A DNA stretch of 64,000 nt from Tubulanus polymorphus (taxonomy: Eukaryota > Animalia > Nemertea), in assembly GCF_964204645.1 (NCBI RefSeq), contig NC_134032.1, forward strand, positions 6,994,275-7,058,274, read 5' to 3'. Shown here one piece after another: positions 35,097 to 48,500 of the stretch. Under the pieces are notes generated by a model, which saw only the letters and a list, made by a program, of their open reading frames with translations, searched no databases and was not told the DNA's origin. How positions within the stretch are numbered: position 1 is the first letter of the stretch; each line of letters begins with the position of its first letter. The position numbers were made by a program, and so were the translations under genes.

Positions 35097-37332
35097 ATGG
35101 GGTTTCCAAAAGCTTTCCAATATAATAAATCAATTAAATATAATATTCCGGCAATAGATTTTAAGAAAAATATTACATATAAAAATGCAGTTTTAAATTC
35201 ATTAACTAATTTGGAAATTTATGTTACTGAATCACAGTTTTTTATTTCTAAAATGGAAAATATATTTAATACATATAAAGTTACTTTTACTCGAGATGAA
35301 TATCATATATATAAAGTAAAATCTAATATGAAATATTGGCAGAACCAATTAGATTTTGCTGTTTATTGTGCAACAACAGGATGTGGAATAAGTTGGAATG
35401 ATCATTTAAATAACTTAGATAAAAATTTGAAGTATTCTGATTTAAAATTAATTCACACAATATTTAGATTTCACACATATTTTCAAATCAGAATAATATT
35501 AAATGAATTAGAATGTCCTTTACCCGGGTCTAAATATTTTAAAGAATTGGATAATAATATTAATCTATCTAAGCTTTATAAAATATGTAATGAATTTAAT
35601 ATAAATATTAATTTCGATTTCAGAGCGCATGGTAAATTGCAAGGTGTTGGTGAAGAGTTTGAAATAAAAAGAATTGATTATATGCATAGAATTTCAGCTT
35701 ATCATAATTATAAAATTGATAATAATAATGGTTGGGTTAATTTCATTTTAGAAAATGGTGAAGGTTTTACAAAATCAGGTATACAAAGAATAAATAAATC
35801 TATTAGAACTTATTTGATATTTATTTTAGGTGCGCAAGTTGAAACAAGATCCCCAATAGTTGGAAATGATAACACTTCATTCGATGCGCAGAAACAATTC
35901 AAAGTATTATTTGAAGATTCAATTCATAATGATAAAAATAGATCGATTCCAGAAAACATTGTAAGATATCAAAATTATTTAGATAAATCACATGATGCAG
36001 AAACTAATATTGATGATGGTAATGAATCAGCATATAATTCTAATTTAGCAGATAGTGGTTCTAAAGGCCAATCAACAGATGAAGAACTAGATCTAGATAG
36101 AAGAACTAGATCTAGAATACCTATTGAAAATGAAAATCCAGGTTTATTAAATGAAAATTTAGAATATAATGAATATATTTATAATTTCAAACCTATATTT
36201 GAAAAATCTGGATATAATATAATTGCCAGAGGCGCAAGACTTTTAGTACAAGAATTAAAATCTTTTGATGGTGAATATTATTATCATTTGAAAGATGATT
36301 ATTATATTGATATCTCTTATAAAAAACAAGAAAAAATATTAGCAAAATCAACTTTGCTTAGGTTAGACCTATCTAAAATCAAAAGAAATAGTAATGAAAT
36401 AGAAGATGTAACACAAGAAGAAATTATTAAAAATGAAAGAGTATTTAAACAAAGAATTAATGAATTATTTGAAACAATCGATAATAATTTAGAAACAGAA
36501 ACAACTTCTGAACAGAATATAACTTCCAAAACTAGTAAACTTAAATCAAATAAAGTTCCAATTGAAACTTTTACCGAATGGATTAATTGATGCAACAGAT
36601 CAATAATTAGAAGATTTAGATATATTTTCTGATAAAGCAATAAGAGAAATTATTAGTATAAGACTTGCATCTAAAATTAGAACTTTAGAAAAAGAATTAA
36701 CTGATAAAAATAAAGAAATAGAAAAATTAAAGTCTGATTTAGATCATCAATTACTTGACAAAATAGAATATGGGCAAAAAGAATCACGTTTAGAAAAAGA
36801 AAAAGATGATTTAGAATATAACATAGAATTACAAAAAGAAGAAATTAAATTATTATTAAAATCATATGATTATAATATTAATAGATTAAAAGATGTTTTT
36901 AAAAGATATCTAATAAAACCAAATTCTAAAATATCATTGAAAGATAGAATAAAATTATTATTTAAGTTTGAAGGAATAACAATTCTTTCAATTCTAACAG
37001 CTGTAACTATGGTATTTACAACAATAGGTTTAGCAATATCAAATTCACTGAAATCTACTCCTACTCCCAATAAACCAGATAAACCTCCAGGTAATAATTC
37101 TATACAAGATAAAGTTAAAGATGGTTTAAAGAAATTAGCAAAATATTTATCGGAACTATCTAAAAAATCTGCTGCAGCTTTACCAGGAATTATTGCATCA
37201 ATTGTTGGTTTAATATTGAAATCTGCAGGGAATATTATTAACTTTGCTGCTGAACATATTATTTTATTTTTAATTACAGTTGTAAGTGCTATTATTTTTG
37301 GGTTAGTGAATATGATAACAAAAAATAAATAA
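35097..37332 (+). pseudogene. Deletion-fusion of the 471-aa gene and the coiled-coil/TM gene, then frameshifted
   Basis: Junction ...YLDKSH|DAETNID... near 35992; frameshift near 36570; TM tail at 36937-37332. Confidence 0.8.
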
Positions 37333-37352
37333 TTAATTTTTTTGTTAAATAA

Positions 37353-38568
37353 ATGAGTGGGAGTTATATCAATCCTTCTAAGAATCATAGAATATCTAAT
37401 GCTATTAAAGCAGAAAGATCACATCATATGATTACTCATAACCCTTCTAATATTAATCCCGATGAAACTGTATATGTTAGAATTCCTAGATTAACACAAA
37501 ATACTTTTTATGTTCCAAATAGTATTTATTTATCAGCCGATATAAAAGTAATCGGTAACAATAATAATTATGTTGTTGATAATGTTGGAAGATATTTGAT
37601 TAAAAAATTAACTATAAAGATTGGACCAGAAACAGTTTTCTCATTAGATGATTATAATTTATTTATGCATTATAAAGATTTATGGTTAACTAAAGAAAAT
37701 AGAAATAATATGATATTTCAAGGCATCCAATCAGAACACCAAAATAAATTAAGATCTGAAGCCAATAGCGCAATATTAACTAATGCTGTAGATAAATTGA
37801 TAAAAAGTATATATGGAAGCAAATATAAAATTCCATTAGACTTTGAATTGATAAATAACAATGCGCCTTTATATAAATATGCAATTCAAGAAGATGTTAT
37901 ATTCGAAATAACATTTGCTCCTGTAAATGAAATTGTAATATCTAGCGTTAATAAAGATATCAGTTATAAATTATCGAATATATGTTTAGAATATGACACA
38001 GTAACTAATGAAAATATTGCTAGCACAATTCAAACTCAATACAATCAAGGATTTTCATTATTGTATGATTATATTGATAAATTTAAAACCGTAACTATTA
38101 ATGCAAATGATGAAATTATTAATGAGAATATTAACTTCCCAAGAAGATCTATTAAAGGTATATTAATATTTTTTACCATTGCAACATATACTAATGGTGC
38201 AATAAATGTTGATAATTATTATAATCCTGAAATAACAAAAGTAGAAATAACTATCGAAGGAATAGCAAATAAAATATTTTGTCAAGGAATGAGAATGATA
38301 GATCAATGGCCAGAAATTAGAAAACATTTTATGAATGAAAAAGTAAAATCATCTGAAAATTGTAATATTAATCAAATTGATTATTATACCGGCAATAAAT
38401 ATGCATTATGGTTAGATTTTAGAACAACAGAGGATAATTCATTACATGGTTCTGGAATAATTCATGACAAAGAATAAAGGAATCAAAAATTTTAAAATGC
38501 ACATTTATATTATATCTGACGCGCAATTAAATATTGTAAATTCACAATTAGATAGTGTTATGTATTAA
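37353..38568 (+). pseudogene. Major capsid protein of E2 with a small 3' deletion and frameshift
   Basis: Matches E1 MCP up to LHGSG; KKLQNTKDG segment missing. Confidence 0.8.
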
Positions 38569-38600
38569 AATTTTAACTTTAATAAAAATATATATAATAA

Positions 38601-39566
38601 ATGGAAGGAGGTAAAGTATATAAACATATTCCATACATCGATACACATGAAAATAATGATGGTTTATATTATGTAATACCTTGTAATATAGCTTTGATAT
38701 TTGATCCTATTTTCAAAATTTATAAAACTAAACTAATAGAAATCAATAATAATAAAAGTGGTGTTGTTGATAATTTAAGTAATGTAATTGATAATAATGT
38801 AATACCTTCTACATCTAATAATGTAATACCTAATACATCTAATAATGTAATACCTACTACATCTAATAATGTAATACCTACTACATCTAATAATGTAATA
38901 CCTTCTACATCTAATAATGTAATACCTTCTACATCTAATAATGTAATACCTTCTACATCTAATAATGCAATAATATTAAATGTTAGTGAAAATAGAAATT
39001 ATTGTGATTATTGTAAAGGTGAATTTTCAAACGCTCCATCAAATTGGAATAAACATATGAATACAAATTCACATATTACTAATGTTATAGAACGTGTTGG
39101 TTTAAGAGAATTTATAGAACACCCATTTAGATATGTTACAAAATTTGTTTCAAATAAAAAAGTAAATGGTAAAGAATTATATGAAGATTTTTTATTAGCA
39201 ACACCTAATAAAGATGAATTAGATTTAACCGATGCTAATAAAATATTAGGATCAAACACTGTAAATGAAATACTAGGAGCAAACACTAATAACGATGATA
39301 ATGAAAATGGTGACGTATGGCACCCACATGGTGATATAGTTACAGATATTGATAATAAAGATTCTATGAAACATAAAGTAGAAAATAATGATAAATTTGA
39401 TTGGATGAATAAGCATAACAATGAAACAACTATTGATGATTCGGTAAAAAGGATGAAAAAGTATAAAGAATTTGAAGAAGAAAATTCGGTAGAGAAATTG
39501 AATAGCTTGTTAAGGCATGATAGTGAAAGTGATTCAGAAATTAATTATCTAACACTCAAAAAGTAA
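38601..39566 (+). CDS. Variable Zn-finger protein with NNVIPSTS repeats (E2)
   Basis: 24-bp tandem repeat at ~38792-38965; homologous to 3604-4509 with a divergent N-terminus. Confidence 0.7.
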   Translation: MEGGKVYKHIPYIDTHENNDGLYYVIPCNIALIFDPIFKIYKTKLIEINNNKSGVVDNLSNVIDNNVIPSTSNNVIPNTSNNVIPTTSNNVIPTTSNNVIPSTSNNVIPSTSNNVIPSTSNNAIILNVSENRNYCDYCKGEFSNAPSNWNKHMNTNSHITNVIERVGLREFIEHPFRYVTKFVSNKKVNGKELYEDFLLATPNKDELDLTDANKILGSNTVNEILGANTNNDDNENGDVWHPHGDIVTDIDNKDSMKHKVENNDKFDWMNKHNNETTIDDSVKRMKKYKEFEEENSVEKLNSLLRHDSESDSEINYLTLKK

Positions 39567-39956
39567 TAAAGGTTGAAAATTGTATAAAATAATAGTAAAT
39601 AAAAAAGGGGGTTTTAAGTATTGAGGTATATAATACATATATAATACGTATTTAATACGTATCTAATACGTATCTAATACATATTATTTGAAAATACCTT
39701 AAATTATATTTCTTTTTTAAATTTATGTTAAAACCTCAGTAATAATAAATAACCTTTATTATTTTCAAACTTATTCCTATATTTGTTGAAAAAATAAAAA
39801 TAAATTGGTTGAAAATTGTATAAATAATATTTATTTTAAAAAAGGGGGTTTTAAGTATTTAAGGTATCTAATAGGGTATCAGGTATTAGGGTATCTAATA
39901 GGGTATCAGGTATTAGGGTATCTAATAGGGTATCTAATACATAGATATATAAATAG

Positions 39957-40564
39957 TTATTTTATAAATTTATATTCATAGGGAAATTGTAATCTCAGTA
40001 ATAATTTTGAACCTCTATTATTCTTTGATTTATTCATATATTCATCATGTAATTCAGTAGGTATAATTTGATTTTCTTCCAATGATTGTTGAATAGATTT
40101 TCTATCTTTGTTATAAAATAAAACTAGAAATCTTATATTCTCCCTAAAGTCTTTAACAATTGAATTATATTTTTGATTTAAAACCCATGTTGTTATCCCG
40201 AAATGTCTCCCAGAGAAAGCTAGATAACATAACTCACTTTCACTTTTGAATCATGTGAATTAGCGCAATCATCTACAATGAATAATGTATTTGATCCTTT
40301 ATAAGTATCAATTGCTATTTTTATACAATTATCTAAATTGTCTTTTACTGTTTTAGGATCTAATATAATAAACTTTTTCATCTTAACTATATCTCTATTA
40401 TATGTTTTATTCATTTCATAAGTAGGACAGAATAATATTATATTATCAAAATGATTCTTATAAATAGTTTCTAACAAATCTAATATGAAATGTGTTTTAC
40501 CACAGTTGGTTACTCCAGTTATTAACATATTATGCGGTTCAAATATAAATAAATCTTTATTCAT
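39957..40564 (-). pseudogene. Packaging ATPase of E2, frameshifted
   Basis: GVTNCGKT present; small deletion after HDSK. Confidence 0.88.
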
Positions 40565-41673
40565 TTATTCTTTTAATTTTACTAGATAAAATCCATTCAT
40601 TAAATTTATCATCATATCCTTTATATTTCACCAAAGAATATTTTTTTCTTTTAAGAGTTTTTGTTTTCAATACTTTCTATTTTGTATTCTATTTCATCTG
40701 GATTTGGTACAAGTGATAATTCTTGTTCATAGAAATAACCTAATATTTCTTCATCTTTTATATCTTCTAATTTATAAACAAATGGTTTAATAATATTATC
40801 TTTTTAATCTTGAATATTTCTTCTGTAATATTTGGGGTATAACCTTTATAAAATGTTTTTCTATATTTAGATATTCTTACGTGTTGTCCTATTTTAAATT
40901 TAGGTTCACCGAAATCATGTGTAACGAACGCACCATACAAATTATTCCAAACTATTTCTGAATTATCTTCTTTTCTAGCTTGTATAGGTTTCATATTTAT
41001 AGAACTATGTTTAGAATTATTATAACCTTTCACTAAATCATCTAATACATCGATATATTTATATGTTTCATTAGCAGTAAAGTATTTCCACATTCTAGTT
41101 TTCAATGTTTTATTAAATCTTTCTATAATAGATGCTTTTTTATCTGAGTGTGTTGAAAAATACTCTACATCGTTATCAGATAATAGTTTTTTAAAATGTT
41201 TGTTATAAAATTCTTTACCTCCATCAAATTGTATCTTATCTGGAATAGCTTCTTTAAATATAGATTTAAAAGCATTTGTTACTTCTATACCAGTTTTATT
41301 TTTGATTGGAATTGACCATGCGTATCTACTGAATATGTCTATAACATTCAGTATCCAGAAATATCCTTTGTTGTATTCTTCTAAGTTCTTCATGTCAATT
41401 AAATCTGCTTGCCACTGTTGATCGATATATGAAACCATAACTTTTCTTGTTAAATAAGTTTTATCCATTTTCTTGTGGATTTGATATGTTGGTTGATTTT
41501 GTAACCATGATTTCAATTCACTATATTTTATACCACCATGTGGGTGCCATACGGCACCATCACCATTTTCTTTATCAGATTTAATTTTATTTCATAATTC
41601 TGTAACGTTAGAATATGATACTTCACTTTCTGGGTTATAATATAAATCTCTTAAATATTGTTCTTTTTTTCAT
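40557..41673 (-). pseudogene. Integrase of E2, disrupted
   Basis: Catalytic core ORF 40767-41516; 5' stop/frameshift and 3' frameshifts. Confidence 0.88.
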
Positions 41674-41679
41674 CTTATT

Positions 41680-42069
41680 TTAATCCATTAATAATAATTT
41701 AGATTTAGTTTCAATGGCTTTATGATTTGATTTATTTTCTGGTATAATAGGTTTATTGTCTGTACACGGATTACTAAGTTTCCGATTATCATTGGAATCA
41801 TCTTTATCATCAGATTTGAATTTTGATTTATATATTACACCGGATAATATAATAACTGTTACTAATCCAATTGTAATATATAATTTATAATTACTTCCAG
41901 CATTAGAAGAATCAGATGGATTATTAATTGAATCAATATCAGATAATTCATTTATATCAGTTAATTTCTTTTTCTTAGCTTTTTTTAATTCTGCAGATCT
42001 TTTACCTAATTCTCTTGCCCATTTAATTTTTTTCTCGGATCTAACCTTTTTCTTAACTCCATCACTCAT
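41680..42069 (-). CDS. Small basic single-pass membrane protein (E2)
   Basis: Orthologue of 1371-1769. Confidence 0.75.
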   Translation of the reverse strand: MSDGVKKKVRSEKKIKWARELGKRSAELKKAKKKKLTDINELSDIDSINNPSDSSNAGSNYKLYITIGLVTVIILSGVIYKSKFKSDDKDDSNDNRKLSNPCTDNKPIIPENKSNHKAIETKSKLLLMD

Positions 42070-42658
42070 TTATTTTAGTTACTTTTTGTTCTGATTCATT
42101 TTCTGTTTCACCGTTTGGTTGTAGTTCATCTGTTTCGTTCTTACCTGATTTATATTCCATAGGCTTGATATTCGAAAATGTTATGACGCCAGTAGAAATT
42201 AATGTCATAACCGATCCTAATTGAAATGAAGCATATCCAACCCATTTTTGTAATTCACTCATAACTAAGTAGTCATTTTTCAAATCACTATATAATTTAT
42301 TTTCATCATTAATTGGTATTAACTGGTTACATAACTTAGAATAACATTTGACAATACCATCTGAAATAGAATCATTTATTCGGGATAATCTAGCTTCTTC
42401 ATAAATCTTAAAATATTTTATTACTTTATCTGGTTTCATAACATCTAATTCTTGAAAAGTCTTAGTTAAAAACTCCTTAGTTTTTCCACCGGCAATCAAT
42501 AGTTCTAGATGATGCTTACAATATAAATAGTATTCATAATCTATATTACAATTAACTTGAGCACAATTAGTTTCAACTGTATCTTCATTATCACTTATAC
42601 CCAAATCATCTAATGTCTTTTCCATATCAATACTATTCTTATTAGATTTCTTTGACAT
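42062..42658 (-). CDS. Conserved protein of unknown function (E2)
   Basis: Orthologue of 776-1378. Confidence 0.75.
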   Translation of the reverse strand: MSKKSNKNSIDMEKTLDDLGISDNEDTVETNCAQVNCNIDYEYYLYCKHHLELLIAGGKTKEFLTKTFQELDVMKPDKVIKYFKIYEEARLSRINDSISDGIVKCYSKLCNQLIPINDENKLYSDLKNDYLVMSELQKWVGYASFQLGSVMTLISTGVITFSNIKPMEYKSGKNETDELQPNGETENESEQKVTKINE

Positions 42659-42959
42659 TTATATTAGAGAAAAAAAGCAAAAAAAATATTATAAGTATTT
42701 TTCAAATGATACTAGTATCTCTTTGGGTTAATACTAGTTAGTTAAAGGTAAAGAATTTTAGTATTAGTTATTGTTTTTTTAGTATTTTTTATTTGTGATA
42801 TAAAGTATTCTTTTTGAAAAGAAAGTATTAAAAAAAACAATAACTAATACTAGCTAGTTGAAGATATGTAATTTTTAATACATTTTATTTGAATTCTATT
42901 TGATATCTCACTACTTTTGTTTATCTATTAGGAGCAGTAATTATAACTGTCCAGATAAG

Positions 42960-43637
42960 TCATTTCGGATCCTTGATATCAAATTCCTCAACATATTGTT
43001 CATTATTTGGATCATTGTTCCATTGATCAATAAATTTCTTTGCCTTTGTTAACTGTTCTAAATATAACTGTAAATCTAGTTTATTAGATTTGATTTGATT
43101 TTCTTTCTTTTCTAAAGGCCTTAAATTTTTCCAACCCCAAATAAGTTTTTTATTGTATTCATCATTCATGTTAAATTTAGATATTGGTAACACGTGATCA
43201 ATATGGTAATAATCCCCATAATTATCTATATTCATTTTATCATCGAATTGAAATATAATCCATGATTTGAGAAATTCATCTGAACAACCCAATAAATTAG
43301 ATAGTGTTTCTGAATGTGTTTCTTTGTTGAATAATCGTGTTAATCTAGATCTTAAGCATTGTTTCAATCTAAAATTAAGATCTGTTTGATATCTTTCTCT
43401 CATATATTCTGCCATATAATAATTAAAATGTTCTATATTATCTTCTCGGTATTGTTTGGTATATAGTTTAGTACAAGTTTTACAGCAATATTGAAAACCA
43501 TCTTTGCTAATCTTACGCTTATTAAATTCTGTTATAGCTAATTTATCTAATTCACATTTAGAACACATCTTGTAGTATATATTTTTGACGCCAGTGTTAT
43601 TTGTAATATTGATAGTTTGTGGTTGTTCTGATTCCAT
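42960..43637 (-). CDS. HNH-family endonuclease with N-terminal CxxC pairs (NCLDV-like)
   Basis: CSKC...CKTC; YHIDHVLPIS...NLRPL...NQIKSNK. Confidence 0.8.
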   Translation of the reverse strand: MESEQPQTINITNNTGVKNIYYKMCSKCELDKLAITEFNKRKISKDGFQYCCKTCTKLYTKQYREDNIEHFNYYMAEYMRERYQTDLNFRLKQCLRSRLTRLFNKETHSETLSNLLGCSDEFLKSWIIFQFDDKMNIDNYGDYYHIDHVLPISKFNMNDEYNKKLIWGWKNLRPLEKKENQIKSNKLDLQLYLEQLTKAKKFIDQWNNDPNNEQYVEEFDIKDPK

Positions 43638-43659
43638 TTATTATACATATTTTTTTACT

Positions 43660-44255
43660 AAATTGATTTTAGAAGTTCAATGATTTATATCATGCATTAT
43701 TTCAATCACACTTTACTAACACTTTTAATGTTTAAAAATCTAACTCATACAAATATGAATGTTGAAATAATGTTGTAAATAAATACTTTTATATTGAATA
43801 ATCTGTCAATTTAAATGTTATTCATGTACATGATTATTTTAAGAGTAATAGGGGTAATGGGCTTTCATATCAAAGGTATGGTCGAGTTCATTAAAAACAA
43901 ATATTAAAAGTAATTTAAAACTATAATATATTATATTCATAACCGTGTGTATTTCAGTTGAATAATAGAATAATTATTATTATTAAAATATATTTGATTA
44001 TATGAATTTGTGTATTGTAAATAAATCAATTGGTCGCGGAGCGGAGCGGTAGCGAAGTGGAGTTTATTTTGAAGTTTATTTTTTTAATATAATATGCTTT
44101 TTAAATTATTGATATCTTAGAATAAATATTTAGTTATAATATAAAATACACACGGTTACGAAAATATATTATAGTTTTAAATTACTTATAATGTTTTGTT
44201 TTTAATGAACTCGACCGTTCGACCTTAGGTATGAAAGCCTATTACCCCTATTACT
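43660..44255. repeat. E2 right TIR, including terminal palindrome 43844-44255
   Basis: Reverse complement of 25625-~26200. Confidence 0.92.
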
Positions 44256-45517
44256 AGTGTTGATCCACAGCTAGATTTTCGTAGTATTTGAAAATGTTTC
44301 GTAGTATTTAGAAATGTTCTTAATGTTGTTTCCGTATGCGTGGGGGTTACGTTAAAGCCGTCAGACAAGAACGTACTAGTAGTAAGAATTACGAAAGTTC
44401 TTGTTTGATGCTTTCATCTACCAACGCAAACCATAAATCAGTCTATAGACAACAATTCTTTCTCGGTTCTTCTGCTGTGAGATCTGGCAAACATTCTGAA
44501 AATCTTTATATACAACTTTTAAATAGTTGGAACCATATTTGGTTGGGTCGGAACAATGGAGTGTATTTATAATGAGGCTCGTGAAGGGATCACGCTGATA
44601 CTTGATGATATTCCCGGCTACGTTCCGTAAAAGGAAAAACCGGAAGTTTAGGAAGATGTGGTTGTTTTGCTTATCCTGTATTAAAATAGAATTAGTTAAA
44701 TTGTAGATAAAATAATTAGTATAAGATATTGATAATCAATCACAATGTATTCCGAATCGTAGTTAATTATAATAATTAAAAAAGAAACAATGAATTTGTA
44801 CTGTAATTAGAAAAGAAAACAAAGTTTTGAAAAGATATTTAATTTGAGTAATCTTGATGTTGTTTAAGAACAAATTGTTAATAATCGCTAATGTTTTAGA
44901 AAAATTAATTTGTGTTAAATGTTAAAACTAGCTGTCTGAAGTTTCTGTTGTCTGTATGCGCTCGTTGGTAATTCACAGACAATAGCTGCTCTCTCAACAA
45001 CGACTAGCAAGGAGTGAGTAAATCACAACGCGTCATGACAGGAGGGTTGGAAGAAAAAGTTTATATCAGCAAATCAGTTTCTAAAAAACCTTTAGATCAG
45101 CAAATCAGTAGGGCTAAATTTTCCGTAACTAAAAACGGTCATGAGAGTTGGGTAGCTGCTCCTTGCCAAAAAGCGGAAGACCCTGCGTGGGAGAATCGGA
45201 ATTCTGAGAATGCCGGTTCTTTCTACAAAAGGGGGCTGCTATCGAGAGAGGAGAGAATCTGTACCTTAGTAAGACGAGTGTCGACAGCAGGGCAGGAGAA
45301 GCTTCGGAACGATAGGGATTCATATACAATAGGGATTAGGAAAATCATTCTTTGTTCAAGGTAAATGAAATATATTATCTTCAATATTATCATCCGGTAT
45401 TTCAATTTATTCATTCGGATTTGTGCACGGACACGTTCTCTCGCCAGGGCCTTACTCAAGTATTTTATAGATAACGATTAAAGAGAGGATTGTGACCGGT
45501 GTATCAATATTGTAAAG

Positions 45518-48500
45518 TTGTTTGTATTATGCGATGACAATTCGGTGCGCCCAATTGAGGCCCTAGTAGTATCTTACATTACCCGTCCAATCTGGGTTGG
45601 GGATAGAAATATTATCGATAATTTTGAACAATTACGCTATTTAAAACTTGCTCATCCAATTGATGATAATCATTATTTTTCTGTTGATTTATTAATTGGT
45701 ACCGATGTCTATTACAGTTTTATGCTAGATATTACCCTGAGGATTGAAACAGGAGGTCTTACAGCAGTCAATACCAGAGTCGGTTATATCATAACCGGTC
45801 CTGTACCTACTGACGTGACACTTCACTCAATGCTAACGACTATGCTCACCGACGTTGAGGACGACAAATTTGATTTGGAGCGTTTCTGGAATCTTAGAGT
45901 CTTTAGGCGTTGAACCCCCAGACGATGATACCACAATCTAATATTACTGCCGAGGATTACTGCAATAACTCGGTACAGTTAGATGAAGATAGTGGACAAT
46001 ACGTAGTCCATTTACCATGGAAGCTGGAACATGGTCCACTACCTACAAACTACGGAGTCTGTCTTGGTAGGACAAAATCTACTATTCAGCGCTTGGTGAA
46101 ACACAACATGCTTGATGTTTATGCCAACATTATCGACGACCAATTAGCAAGAGGTTTTATTGAAAGAGTACCAGACGCCCGTTCGTCGGATACGAATTGC
46201 CACTACATACCACACCATCCTGTTTTCAAGGATTCTGCTACAACTCCAGTACGTGTTGTGTATGATTGCAGCTGTAAGATATCAACTGATCACAACTCAC
46301 TAAACGACTGTCTTGAATCGGGCCCAGCGTTGCAGAATGACATCACGTCTATACTACTTAGGTTTCGTCTTCACCGTTTTGCTACAATTTCAGATATTGA
46401 GAAGGCATTCCTGATGATACGCTTACATGATAGTGAAAAAGATTTCACCCGTTTTCTATGGTTGGATGACCCAGCGGATCCGAACAGTCAATTGGTTACG
46501 TTCAGGTTCCGTGTTGTACTTTTCGGAGCGACCAGCTCACCCTTTATCCTGAATGCAACGATATTAAAACATGTTAGTCTACATCCAGGTCCTGCATCAT
46601 CTGAAATCAAACGGAACTTTTATGTCGATAACGTTACCACCAGTTTTGAAGATGAAGAAATGATATGTGTCTTCTAGAGAGTCTTCGAGACAAATCATGG
46701 GAAAAGGTGGATTCAATTTGCGATCGTGGTGTAGCAACTCTAATCGATTGATGTGTTTGGCAAAAAAAGAGAATGTGGCTGATGAATCTGATAAATTATC
46801 TGTACTTGGGTTGTACTGGTCACCGGAGAACGATACCTTGTCGTTGAAGACGATTGCTATCCATCCTCCGGGGTCTTCGTCGGTCACGATACGTATGGTA
46901 GCAAGTGCAGCAGCGAAACTTTTCGATCCACTTGGTCTTGTACCGCTAGTTGTTCTACGCGCAAAACTATTTCTGCAGACTCTCTGGAAACAGACTAATG
47001 ACTGGGACGCCCTTTTATCACCAGAATTTACGTCAGCATGGTTTGACATTTCACGAGATTAACGACGTTTACCAATCATGACCTTCGACAGACAATATTT
47101 TAAGAATGACTTGAGTCAAGTGACAGATAATACATATGCATTACATGTATTTTCTGACGCGAGCGAAAAGGCATATGGCGCAGTGGCATATTTACATAGA
47201 TCGGATAATACTTGTATACTGATGTCGAAAACAAAGGTTGCACCCCTTCGAAAATTGACTATACCCCGATTAGAGTTGATGGCTGTGGTTATTTCAGTTC
47301 GGTTAGCGAATCATATCATGAAAAGTCTGGACATCAACATTCCTTGTCACATTTGGAGTGACAGCAAGATCGTTCTGCATTGGGTAACCGGGGAAAAATC
47401 ACTTCGACGCTTCGAAGCGAACAGAGTTAAAGAGATTAGAGCTACACCATATGAAATTATATGGCATTTTTGTCCATCGGGCAGTAACCCGGCAGACATA
47501 TCATCTCGAGGCTGTAGTAACGACGCATTAGTTGATAATATGTTGTGGTGGACTGGTCCCGAAATTGTGTCAATCGCCAAGAATTTTGAGTTTTCTCGGA
47601 CGGTTACTTCTATGACTGTTCAGACGGAGACAGTTCCACGACCAAAAACTGACGGTTTGTTTTACGATGTCGGACTAGTGATGGACATTCATAGATTTTC
47701 CAAATTAAACCGATTACTTGGAGCGACTGTTTATCTCATGAGATTCATTAATAAGTTATCTGACTCGACACTAACGTTCCCTGAATATCCGACTATTGAA
47801 GAGTTGAACATGGCCTTAATGCTCTAGGTGTGATCTAGCCAATATGAATGTTTCAATACTGAAATAGCGCTATTAACGAATGGTCGCAAAAATGAAATGA
47901 TCAACAAATTAAGTTTGTTCTTGGATGGTAACATTCTAAAATCAAGGGGTAGAATACAAAATGCACCTGTTAACGAATCAGTTAAATTCCCCATTATTTT
48001 GTCACCGAAACACTATCTTACAAGATTGATTGTTTTACGTACACACCAGAACATTATGCATTTCGGTGTTAGTGCAACAATAGTTGAAGTGAGGCAGAAA
48101 TTTTGGGTACCACGACTTAGACAATTAGTAAAATCATTACTAAGTCGTTGTGTCAAATGTAAGAAACTCCAGGGTAATCATTACAGTTGCCCAGTTCCTG
48201 CTCCACTTCCAGTGTATCGTGTTTAAGATGCGCCACCATTTGCTATCTGTGGCGTCGATTTTACTGGTGCTATTTCGTGTAATAATCATGAAAAGCTTTA
48301 TCTCTGCTTGTTTACTTGCGCGATTACACCTTGTATACATCTCGAAGTCGTTACTGATATGACTGTACATGTATTCATGCAAGCATTTCGACGTTTCGCT
48401 AGTAGGCGGTCATGTCCTAATTTGTTGGTCTATGTTATTTCAAGGGCGTAGGATTAGAAATGTTCCATATCCTGTTGTTGATATTGATGAAATCTGCGAT

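Larger units (their letters stand above)
25625..44255. mobile_element. Polinton/Maverick-like element copy E2 (full length, inverted, decayed; proximal left end at 27818)
   Basis: AGTAATAGGG...CCCTATTACT termini, ~600-bp TIRs, TSD AGTGTT at 25619-25624, 27812-27817 and 44256-44261. Confidence 0.96.

Noticed and set aside
439-44255. E1 and E2 as one inverted segmental duplication around the 6-kb palindrome
   Set aside because: E2 has its own TSD, the flanks and hairpin cores differ, and the spacing is asymmetric
44262-45500. LTR or gag of the BEL/Pao element
   Set aside because: No paired LTRs, primer-binding site or gag motifs could be identified by eye
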